NCBI RefSeq assembly: GCF_032062105.1
Contig: NW_026932690.1
Coordinates: 124,001-188,000, forward strand
Source: Saccostrea cucullata
Lineage: Eukaryota
Length of the DNA: 64,000 bases
Reading direction: 5' to 3'
Under the pieces are notes generated by a model. The model did not search any database and was not told the DNA's origin. It worked only from the letters and a program-made list of their open reading frames with translations. How positions within the stretch are numbered: position 1 is the first letter of the stretch; the number at the start of each line of letters is the position of its first letter. The position numbers were made by a program, and so were the translations under genes. Of this stretch, positions 1 to 12,100 are shown piece by piece.

Positions 1-17
1 ATATACCCTCCCACTTT

Positions 18-163
18 NNNNNNNNNNNNNNNNNNNNNNNNNNNNNNNNNNNNNNNNNNNNNNNNNNNNNNNNNNNNNNNNNNNNNNNNNNNNNNNNNNN
101 NNNNNNNNNNNNNNNNNNNNNNNNNNNNNNNNNNNNNNNNNNNNNNNNNNNNNNNNNNNNNNN
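18..163. other. Assembly gap (146 N)
   Basis: Run of N in the sequence. Confidence 0.99.
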
Positions 164-3100
164 CACTCAATCAAATTGCCTTTTTTTAAATCTCGGATTA
201 CACTTTGTCTTAAAACTTCATCTTTTAGTTAACAATTAGAACACAAAGACTATAACGTGTCCTTTATGCCTTTTAAACAGGAATGTCCTGACAGTACATG
301 TTTGATATATAAGTTTTAGTCTGTTTTGTCATCAATAATGCTTTAAATTCAATATCTGAGCTGATCAATTCAATAAAAAAGGAATATGATGAGAAAATTG
401 GAGAAATAATACCATCGGTCATCCAGTATTAATCTATAACATGTACATGCAGTGACACTGCAAATTAGCTAATTCATTATGCTTGCTTAAACAGCCGTGA
501 TAAATATCGATATTATATTGCCTTGTTAATTAAGAAGAATTCACGGTTGCAATATCTTGGTAAGTCACTATCGAAAAAATATCATAACAAAAATGTTCCA
601 AATTTGTTAAACGCATTTGTCCCGCAATTATTAGAAAAAGAGAATAGTTTGAACTCACCATTGGTACTTCTGAAACGTGATTGTTTTATTGTGAAACGAG
701 TTGTCACGGGAAATAACTCTAAAAAATCATTATAACTAAGAAAGTTAAGCGATGCATTTCCCCCATCCCCCCTTTTTAAATCATGTACGTCCGAAAGCCT
801 TTAGAATGAAAATTTATTGGCATGTTTATGATTATTTCATGCAATACTGCTCTTTCTTGTCTTTATGTTGTGGAAAATTTAAAAAAAAATAAGAGAGATG
901 TCAAAAATATGTGAATCTCCATTTAAACTTAAAGTTTAAAATTTTGCCAGGTTTTGAACAAGTTTTCTTTGATGTTTGAAATAATATCTTGCTTTTTGTG
1001 TGTTTTCGCCATATAGAAATATAAGATGAAATCAGAGATTCAATTGAGACAGATTTACATACATGTGTACAAATACAAACAATCCTGAAACTTTAACGGG
1101 GCACTGATATACCAGATAATTTATAATATACATGTAACTGTGTGTGACGTGTGTCAGAAAGAATAAGTATGAAGATTTAGATGTATTCGTTTTCTAAAGG
1201 TGCAGAACTTGACACTTTGTTTATTATCTTGCTTTACGTACGTTACCTGAGAAGACAATGTATTTGTTACATGTATAAATTCTTGTGCATAACTTTCAGA
1301 GGATCGGCTTTCTTGTATCCCCATCGCTGTGACAACATGGCGGCAACAACGACGAAAGACAAAAGGATAATATCGATAATTAAGGAAAGCTCACTTGAGC
1401 CTTTGGCTAGGATGAGCTAATAAAACATATTTGAACAAGCGGATTTCTTGTTTTCTGTACATGTGTCCTAACCAGTCACATATCATAAATTCAATACACA
1501 TGTACAAATTTACAACTGATGATTTTTTTATGTAAGTATATATAACTGATGTGTGATTTTACTGATTGTTAATAATAAAATTAAATCATGTCATAAAATT
1601 GTTTTGTTTTTTTTAACGGAAAAACCCAGTAACATATTATATTTACAATATACATGTACATATAAATTTGATAAACTAATAATTCTTATCTGTAAGTCAA
1701 CATACATGATGTGTAACTTTACTCCTTGTTAATGATTGTTAATGAAAATGAATGAATGAAAATCCTGTCATAAATTTGTTTAAAAATATGTAAATGTGTA
1801 TATATTTATTAGCAATGTTAATGCTAAAAACCTGTTAAAAAGACGGAGAGTATGTAAATTTATTATTTTGTTTTCCTACTGAAAATTATAACATATAGTG
1901 CAATGTCCTAGTGTAAAATTTTTTCAATTTATTATTTATTTTATTTCTTGATAAGTTTTTTTTTAGTGACAGGCATCTGATTTGAGACTTAGAAACACTT
2001 CCTGCTTTTTAGCTGAAAGGAAAAAGAAAAGATTTAAGGAAATAGTGAAATAAAAGCCGTGGTATTGATCTTACAAGGAAGAGGAAACATTTAACCCACC
2101 AGTAACATTAAACACATAATATCATTTTTCATTGTATGTACATGCCGTGGAAATTAAAAGGAATGGTACATCATATCAAAAATACAGGATGTAATGTTGA
2201 TACAGTCGATAAATTCATTTACAAGTATTTCTATCTCTAAATTAAAACAATGAAAATGACGAAAGAAAGCAAAATAATAAACATGATTCCACTTTTTGTA
2301 CTTTTTGCATAGTTTACATTTTTTCCTCTTTATGTTGTAATTAACATTTTCTTAACACAGAAAACATAGATACTATTAGTTCAAAGTTATGGGATACACA
2401 GACGCCACAGGAAAATAAAACAATTTTGTTTTATCTGAATTTTCTCATTTTTATGCAAATTTTTATCGATATTAGAGCACATTTTGTTTCAGAAAACAAA
2501 GAGTGCAAGCTTGCCTATCTGCAAGATTTATATACATGTATTTCAGTCACCAGTATCAGATGCATCTTATGTCTAAAAAATCTCAGATAGGCAAGCTTGA
2601 GCATTTCCTGATTCGAAAAGAATCTCAAATTTCACGAAATTCCACCAGAATTGAGGAAGCTCGGGAAAATGTCCCACTTCTGCACCCTCAAGTGATCACT
2701 GTGCAAGCTTTGAATCAAAAATAGTACTGCATTTAAAGGAAGAATCATCTTTTAAATTTTAACTCTGCTCTGATTTTTACATCAAATAAGGAGCCAGATT
2801 CGGCCAATACCATACCTTTTCCTTTCCTGAAGATATTATTTTTCCTGTGATATTATTTTTTCCTGGCGATACACGTGATATTATTTTTTACTTTCCTTCC
2901 TTGTCATTCATGTTCTAATTTCTCTTGACGACTACCATTTTTTTAATCCCACAGATTTGATCTTCACAACTTATATGCTCAATTATTTAGGAATATAACT
3001 GGACAACTAAGAGCATAGGTCATTCAGTTCTACTCTATAACATATATTGATACCTTAACGCATAACATAACTACATTATGTACTCTCAAAACTAGTGAAA

Positions 3101-3695
3101 TTCATACTGTTTATTCGGCAACTCGTAAAATCTATAATTTCAGGCACAATACCTTACAATTGGTATATTAAAAATAGCATTCGTGCTTGCATTTACGAGT
3201 ATTTTGAAATAATAGAGTGACAAAGTAGGAAAATTAATTTACCTTTGCGAATCTAAGACAATACTTGATTCTCATATACAGTGAATTGTTAAAGTATCTA
3301 GAATTCTTCACGGGAGATAACTCTTAGATTTATAAAAACTAATAAAGATGTGCAATGCCTGACTTTTTTCCGAAAAATTCTTCTATGTCTTCTAGCTATT
3401 AAGTATTTTTATACATGTATTATTATTTGACGTAAATCTGCTCTTTCTTTTCTTATTTATATGTCATTAATTCTTGATACAAAAAAGAAAAGAAAAAGAA
3501 GACAACTTCATTCCTTTCAGAATGGATTTTATAAATGGATATAAACAGTTGAGAAATCTAATTATTTTTAAAATTACAAAAATACGATAAAGGCTTCGTT
3601 AAAAGCGTTTCCTTTGATATTTGTTTATTGTGCGTTTTCACAATTCAAAAATGTGAGATGGTATCGAAAACTGTATAAATCGTGATTGTATTACA

Positions 3696-4618
3696 TACGA
3701 GGGCTGTTCAATAAATAATGTCCTGATCCCTATGACATACACTTTAGCAATCATATGTTATTAAGCTTGACTTTCTCGTATGATTTCATCTTTAATGAAT
3801 TGATAACAGTTAATGTGACCACTTTCCATCGCATAATTTTATTGTGAGTAGCTGAAGAACAAGGACTATTCGAGACACTGCATTAAAATGATTGGTAAAG
3901 AATCAGTAAACTAGAGTGAAATTAAACGCTTCATGAAAGCTGCTGTAAAACGTGGTCAGAATCCCAGAGAAATATTCAATGAAATATGGGAAATTTACAG
4001 CAACCAATATCTAATATATGTTTTATAGACACATGGGCATGTGGATTTCAATGAACGAAAATTATATAATGGGCATTAAAAATGGGTTCCGTCCTTGGCG
4101 ACAAAAACATACAACAACCAATGTACTGTTTACCAAAATTCAACAAATTATAACTGATGATGTTTTATTATTGGAGGAGTCTAGAAAGCAAAATTTTTGA
4201 AAAAAAGTGCAGGAACCTACTACATTAAATATCTTCATGACAGCGTCCAAATCCAAACGTCCTTAAGAGTGAAGGAATTTTGGGGGATAAAAAGAAAGTT
4301 AATGTTTTGTCACACGAACACTATTCGCCAGATCTTCCAGTACTTGACTTGTTTTATTTTCCAAACATGGAAAAACACCTTTCAGAAGGAAATAAAAAGT
4401 ACAGGAACTCATAGGATCTGCTATATTCCAGTATATGAAGGGTCATACTCAAAAATGTGTTCTTAAAACAATCAGAAAGTGGTTAGAAATGTTACGGACA
4501 TGTATTTTTATTAAAAGAGAACATTTGAGTGAAATCATTAATACTAAATACAGTAATTGAATACCGTTTTTTGCTTCTTTCCCAGCACAGAGGACGTTAT
4601 TTGTTGAACAGCCTCGTA
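3696..4618 (+). mobile_element. Degenerate, internally deleted mariner (Tc1/mariner) DNA transposon
   Basis: TA-flanked imperfect TIRs: TACGAGGGCTGTTCAATAAATAATGTCCT at 3696 and AGGACGTTATTTGTTGAACAGCCTCGTA ending 4618. Broken transposase remnants: HTH-like 'EIKRFMKAAVKRGQNPREIFNEIWEIY' (~3920-4000), 'LHDSV' (HDNA-like) and the mariner 'YSPDL' motif at 4322. Confidence 0.88.
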
Positions 4619-4906
4619 TATGTATACGAAAAGAAACACTACTGTAACTTAATCCAAGGCAAGTTGATGTGCACCACAAGAAAAATAACCGCAAATGCAG
4701 TCATACAATATACATTGTATATTGTATTTCAATAGATGATTAGCTTTTTTGATATATTTTGCATGAAATTACAAAAATTTTACCAAGATCAATAACATCA
4801 AAACAATTTATCTTATCTTTCCCCAAGATGAATAAAAGTCCTGGGCTTTACATATCATAGACAGATGCTTTTTTCACTTTAACAAAACTTGTATATGAAA
4901 TATATG

Positions 4907-6620
4907 GAGATAACGAACAGTATTCACGCTCAACATTGCTTTAAGCAATACATATCAGGAGAAGAGCAAACACAGACCTCTAAAACACCGGATGCTCACC
5001 GGTCATACCAGCTGTGTACTCCTTGTTATGACCAAAAAATAACAAAAATCCGTCGACAATTCAGAGTGTAAATAATTAATGGACTAACAATAAGTATGAA
5101 AAATAATAGTCAAAATCATATGTCAGTTTTAAATATTTTTAATATTCCAGAGAACCAAAATGATTTTGAACTACCATATGTATATAGGATTCCGAAACTT
5201 CATAAGAATCCTTACAAACAAAGATACATTGAAGGTTCCAGTAAATGTTCAACCAAGCCTCTCTCTTTACTCCTCACTAAGATATTGACAGTAGTGAAGG
5301 AAAAACGTCAATAGTATTGTGCAACAATATATTTAAGAAGTGGTGTGAATCAGATGTGGATACTCAAAAATTTCAAAGAACTTTTGGACAATTTGAAATC
5401 ACAAGATTTTACCAAAATAAACAGCTTAAAAAATATTTTAAACCTACGAGTTTTCAACTTATAGACAAACATTCCCCACGAAAAATTAAAGTCCAGGCTT
5501 TTTGATATCATTGACAGCTGCTTTTCAATAAAATGGAACGCGTAAATTTATTTACTTGGTCATTGGTCATTTGCAAAATTATTTTATTAAAACTTATTCT
5601 GATTGCACCCACAATTACTCTTAAGTTAACATCAAAAAGATGCTTAAGTTTCTGATTGGCAATATCAATGTGGTTTTTGGAGACCAGGTCATCCAACAAT
5701 TTTTGTATTCATATGAAGCAGAATTTGTGCAAAATCTTATGCGTGAAAAGAAGAGAACACTTGCTGTGGCCTTAAGCTCAACATCTAGATATACATGTAT
5801 CGACGACGCATTATCAATTAACAATGGTAATTTCCATTCCCATGTCGATGCGATATATCCTAGTGCGCTTGAGATAAAAGATACCACAGAGTCTGACACA
5901 TCTGTTTCATATTTCGACATTTTACTCGAAAAAGACAATAATGATAATCTAACAACCAAGCTCCATGATAAATATGATGACATTAACTTTTCTATCGTCA
6001 ACTTCCCTTACTTATGCAGCAATATACCTTCATCACCTGCAGACAAAGTTTGTATATCTCAGTTGATTTGATACGCAAGAGCATGCTCTACGTATGAACA
6101 AAAAAATATTTCTAAAACGAAGTAAATTATTGCCAAACAAATTTATGAAACAGTAGTATTAGCAGTCTTGTTTAAAGTAGCCAGTTCTATGCTGGACACA
6201 ATGACCTTGTCAGCAAATACAATTTATCATTGAGTCAAATGCTGATCGACTGACATTTTTCATACTAATAGTTATCTATTATTTATATACTGAATTGGCG
6301 ACAGTTTTTCCCGTTATTTCCCGATTATGACAATGAGTACACAGTGGGTGTGACCGGTCGGCAGGAGATGCTCACTCCTCCATGGCACCTGGACCCACCT
6401 CTGCTGTATTGGATGTCCGTGTTTGCTCTGCTCCTATTTTGTATTGTTTTATGGACTTTTGATCTTAAATACTGTTCGTTATTTCCATATGTTTAATTTC
6501 ACTGAACTCAAGATTTTGAGATTTTGTCTTTATGTATAAATTATTGAGATAACGAACGTTTATGAGCTCAAAGGTCATTGAAACAATAACAATCAGGAGA
6601 AGAGCAAACACAGGCTATCC
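4907..6620 (+). mobile_element. Decayed Penelope-like retroelement (RT remnant) with inverted copies of its 3' end on both sides
   Basis: Frameshifted RT motifs 'YRIPKLHKNPYKQRYI..SSKCSTKPLS', 'RY(TC)IDDALSINN', 'YPSALEIKDTT', 'LHDKYDDINFSIVNFPYLCSNIPSSPA'. Segments 4907-4985 and 6546-6615 are reverse complements of the 3' terminus at ~6415-6485. No GIY-YIG domain is recognisable after the RT. Confidence 0.85.
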
Positions 6621-7319
6621 CTAAAATAATACACTTGATGTGGGATCAATGTGTAAATATTCCCATAACAATAAGTATAATCAAAGTACTGAGACAGTAC
6701 TGAAAGACGGGGTCAAAAATAATCTTCATGCTAGATTTAACAAATGTGATTTTTTTTCTTACGAGTTTTAATAACAACTTTATTTTTTTCATTAACATAC
6801 TAAAAACAAAACTATGAATAATATACATTCAAATTTTTCGGTCACTGGAAACCCTGAATCGTATAATTTTTCCGGAAGTAAACTCCTTGTCATGATAGTT
6901 TTAAATTATCAAAATAAAGGGTAGACAAAGGTTCATATCAAAGTTTGATACAAAATGTTTATGTTTTACACAATTCAATGTGTAAATATGTGTTATCACC
7001 ATATTTTTACAATAAGTATAAAAACGACAGTAAGCATTTGACTTAATGACGGATTGTATACTCTGACAAGGTCAAAGCATCGACCATATGAAATGTTGAA
7101 TTTAGACGAAACTGCTGATATTTTTTGTTTTCTCAACCCTTTTTGTCCATACGTTTCCTCGGTTTGGAAACTGTCATACACACACATGTACATACATTGA
7201 GAATGCTCTTGCGTATCCAATCAATACGGAGACGTAAACCACCTACACAGGTGATTTACGTATATTCAGACTCTGTGGTATCTTAAATCTCAAGCTCAAC
7301 AGAATACCGGGTAATCTAC

Positions 7320-7670
7320 CTAGGCTATATCATGGGAATCGCAATAGATTGTTGGAAGACCTGATATCCAAAAACAACATAAATATTGTCAATCAGAAAC
7401 TCAAGCATCTTTTTGATGTCAACTTCAAAGTTCTTGTGTGTACAATCAGAATGTTTTTTTAACAAAACTATTTTGCGAATGACTAATGAAAAGGAAAATA
7501 AAATTAACGAGTTTCATTTTAATTGAAAAAGCATTTGTCAATGATATTAAAAAGCCTGGTCTTTAATTGATCGCGGGCAATGGTTGTGTATATAGATAAA
7601 AAAAATCGTTAGTTTTTAAGCTGTTGATTTTTGGTAAAATCTTGGATTTCAAATTTTCCAAATGTTCCTT
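7320..7670 (-). mobile_element. Penelope-like RT fragment (minus strand)
   Basis: Reverse-complement similarity to 5380-5700 (e.g. AATCAGAAACTCAAGCATCTTTTTGATGT vs ACATCAAAAAGATGCTTAAGTTTCTGATT). Confidence 0.75.
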
Positions 7671-7681
7671 GGAAAAGAATG

Positions 7682-8262
7682 AAAAGAGGCCCACTGGACT
7701 TATAGGTCACCTGAGTATTATGTTACAACAATTGAATTTGATTCGTGTTTTAAAGCAGTGGCCATGAAATTCACAATTCTGAAAAAGGCAGCATTACTTA
7801 TCATAACGTCTATACACTTAGCATGCTTACTCTGGTTACTTAATTAATACTCAGAGGTAGATCAGAGTACCAAAGAGAAAATGCATTTCCACTTTAAAAC
7901 CAGTTATGCACCCCACCCTACCCCACAGGAACCAATGACCCTGGTGCCCATATTTCAAACTTTGGAAATTAAATCATAAATTTTATTTCATCATAAATGT
8001 TTGATTATAATACTAAAGAGCAGTTTTCATTAATTTATTTTCAGAATATGTAACCCCACCCATCCCCAGTATCCCTCAACCAGGGGCCCTGAATTAATCA
8101 TTTTGGAATAGGCACCTTTCTACTTCATAAATATGTACTAAGATCATTGGCATAATACCGTTGCAGAGAAGAAGCTGAAAATGTTCAAATGTTAAGGCAC
8201 AACGCACGACGACGGACGAAAACAGATACCAATAGGTCACATGAGTTTACTCAGTTGACCTA
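7682..8262 (-). mobile_element. Non-autonomous Helentron/HINE-type element
   Basis: AAGAGGCCCA...ATAGGTCACCTGAG at one end. GACGACGGACG microsatellite and terminal hairpin TAGGTCACATGAG-TTTA-CTCAGTTGACCTA followed by an A-run at the other end. Confidence 0.7.
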
Positions 8263-9106
8263 AAAATAACTGAACAAGCTTCTAAATAGGGCCTACTTAA
8301 TCAAGTTGAATGGCAAGAGCATGTTCAATTCTACGTACATACAACTTCTAAAACGAGACAAGCTTCCGACATAGATGATTAAATAAGATAAAATTTCACA
8401 AATTCAATGTTCGATAATATGACCATTTTGGCAAATGCAATCTATGGTTAAATCGAATATCCTCATAATTATGCATCATAATTGTCTATACTTTTCCGTT
8501 TTCTTGATCCTGACAAGGACCCTGTGACCAGTTAACAGGCATGCTCACTTCTACCTGGCACCTGATCCCACTCCTGATATACTACATCAACATTTTTGAG
8601 TCATCAATACATCTTGTCGTCATCGTACAAGATTGAATTTCAAAACAATTTTTGAGGTTATGAAATATTTTTGCATAGGAAGTGTAAATAAAGTCTTACT
8701 GCCTATTCTGTACATATTTTTATTTTGAATAGCAAAATAGCGAGCAGAGAAGAGAGATGTTAGCGGACCATACGAGTGTTGTATATGTATATCATGTATA
8801 TTAACCAAGAAAATTCATTTTCCTTTTCTAAGCAGCTGAACAGTACACATGTTGTTATTGAGAGAAAAGGTGGTGTGCATACATACAAAATATATAAATC
8901 ATTGACGAAAAGAAAGGAAAACTTGACACAAGAAAAATGACACAAGAGATGTATTAATTTTTAATGAATTTTAAATTACCATTTTTTCTGTATGACAATT
9001 GATTTTCATAAGATACTTTAATGTTAATTCAAGAATCAATATCTTCTATACGAGGACAATGATGAGAGGGTGTTCTTCTTATTCCAGGTCGTCAGTCGAA
9101 AAATCT

Positions 9107-12100
9107 TCAGGCAAACGCCGACTGGGGTCGGGTAAAAATCGACTTAAATGTTTGTTGTTTCCGGCGAAGTTCTTCTTTCAGCGCGTCATATTCTTCCGCG
9201 GTGTATTGTCTCGCTTTTGCGGCCTGAAAAACATTTTATATTCAAAGAAAATCTGGTAAAATGTCAACTTATCTTGCTACGTTTTACGTTTTAATTATCT
9301 TTCTAACGTGGAAGATTATTTTAATCAATTTCTCATAATTTTTTTTAGAAAGTGTTTAATATTAAGGAGAACTTGATTTACCCTTTTCCGGCGCACAATA
9401 GGATGCTGACCAAACGAAACGTTAAAGGGCCGATGTCGAATTTTCTTTCCGTTTGTTTGGATTCTGACCGATGATGCTGTTAAAAAAACAAGTCATACTT
9501 AAAATCAACTACTATATTTTTCTACATACACAATGACATGTCACTACATATATGACACAACACAACTCACTGAATCTCTGAGGAAATATTACCTTTGTGG
9601 TCTATTACTATAGGTAACTTTATTACATGGAATGTAGTAAATATATCTATCTAAATAAATGTAGTATTTCTGTACACATAAATGAATCCTAAATGAATCC
9701 TACCAGATGATATCCACAGTGTTTTATTTAAATTTGAATAAAAACCATCAAATATCTACATAGCAAAAGGCATATGGTGATAATGCAGTGTAAGGGGAAA
9801 AAGCAGTGTTTCTACGGGATGATATTAAAAAGGAAGAGGATATGTATATCTGTATTACACATATATAACTATCCTTTCTGCTTTATGTGATGATAAAAAT
9901 GAATCTTTTTCGCAATGTCGTTATCAAAAAGCAGAACTAAAACTAGCGAGAGTTGTCGAACCTGTCTGCGGGGCGCTGCGATCGAGGGACTCCGCCTCTC
10001 TGTAACTGCTGTTATCGAAATAGTAAGGAATCTCTTTTAATGTCTAGAAATTATTTAAAATTTAAAGAATGTGCCTCCAACAAATTGCGTATATATAAAA
10101 ACAAATTTTAAATTTGTATTTCCATACCTTAGTGAACTAGAGTTATTGTCCTCCAGGTTCTTTTTTATAGTCTCAATAATATCAATGTCTTTCCTCCGTA
10201 TCGGCTTTATGAACACCTTTTTACCAGGTATGGGAGCCAAGGGACCCTTTAGGAATATAAAGTAGAAATAATAAATCAATTAAAGAGGTCTGGTTTTCGA
10301 TATCATTGTTTGAAATCTGTATTTCCAAAGTTCTTTAAAAATACTTCTAGAATTTTGTTTTACTCTCGAGTAAGTTTTACAGAGTATCATCTATATGCAT
10401 TTAGCAGAAATCATTAGCCCCCTACCTCATGCACATATCGAGGTAGTTTGACAGGTTTCGTGTTCTTTTTCCTCTGAGTTTCGGAAGACATTTTATTATT
10501 CCAAGCTTCAAGTCTTTGTTCAAGTCGTAAAAGGTTATCATCGTTAATTTCCGGGTCAATAAAGGTGAAGTCGTGACTAGGCGACATATCTCCATGGCGA
10601 CCCTGTGAACTTTCACAGACAAGTCGACTGTGGGAAGACTCTCTGCCACTGTCATCCCATGAGACATCCTCCATTCTATCTGGAGTTCTACTGGAACCAA
10701 CCCCGCTGTCCAGTGTGGACGCCCGCCCTAACTGTGACACAAATGTTCCTTCGTTTGAACTCTGGTACATAATTGTTTCTACTGTAGGAGCAATCTTTGG
10801 CGGGTTCCTTGGACGTGTCTGTTGCAGCCTCTTTTTGGCACCCTGGTAACGTTCTTTTTCTAGTTGACGTTGTTTTTCCTTCATTCGAATCAGGAAGAAC
10901 ACACTCCCGGGTCCAAACATGTCTATTAAGGGTCCTTTTTTAAGGTTGGACACACTCCAATCTTGTGTGGGTTCTTTGTTGATTGTTTTCTGGGGACGAG
11001 TCTTTTTTGCTCGTTCCTCCTCCCGAAGCATAAACAGAAAGTATCGTATAAGTGGAAGTTCCTTTTTTGGAAGCCATGATAGTCTCAGTTTATATTTTTC
11101 TCTGACTGACTCTTTAAGAATTTCAATAACTTTAGGATTGCGTTTTTCTATCAGTCTGTCATAGTTTTTCTGGTCGAGAATGAACACTTCCGCTTCCTGG
11201 GAACATTTCACCGTGTAACAGTATGTAGGTAAATCAATCACCGCCTCCAGGTCACCTGTCACAAGTATATATCAGTAAAATCAGTAAATTAGTACAATCA
11301 GTTGTACCTTCTGTTGCTTCAGTTTCTTTTCACTTTCTTCAAATTGCAGTTGAATGAATTTATAAATGTACCTCCGTCTCGAAAAGGAAGATATTTTGAA
11401 CACATTTTTTTCCATTTCATCACGTGAGAAAAGAGAGTCTTACGACTCTCTGTTATTCATGTTTATTAACTTTGATCATTAATAAATCTAATTCAAATGT
11501 GTAAATGTTCATGAATTTAAAATTTCTTTTGAATCTCATTATGCTGTGTTTTAGTTACAAAAAGAGAAAAATTTTAACGGATACTTACAAAAGCTATAAT
11601 TATTGGTTTGTTAAAATCAATTTAAAAACAAACTTTTGCCAATTCCTTCTTTCGTTTTTAAAGCAATTATGAAAAAAAAATGATTTATTCACCCAGATTT
11701 AAAATGAATCTTTAGACTATTTTTTTAAAAGCAGATGAAGACACACCTATTATCTCGAAGGCCCCCAGATTACAGACCTCCATGGCGTGTCTCGGCACCT
11801 GGGAGGTCCTAGTTTTACACCGGCTCTCGGAGGAGGACATTGAGGACACTGTGGAGGGTGAATACTTTTTATAGTCCTCGAGTTTGGACGGAGATATGCT
11901 CAGCTCTCTGTAACAGAAAACACAGTCTGCACAGTGCCTGTTGTAAAACGGAATATTCCAAACCTTAATTCTTATGAAAAGGTCTGATTGGATAGTCTTT
12001 GTATTCTATTCCAATAAAAAATAGTGTTTTCAAAACTAACTTTCTTATTTTTGGTTTTGTTTCTTTCCTTAATATTTTCACTATTTGAAATTAAGTAAAA

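Noticed and set aside
164-3690. Short ORFs (523-735, 1181-1420, 2503-2724) as genes
   Set aside because: AT-rich, with no recognisable motifs or consistent exon chain. A possible exon near 1300-1400 could not be supported.
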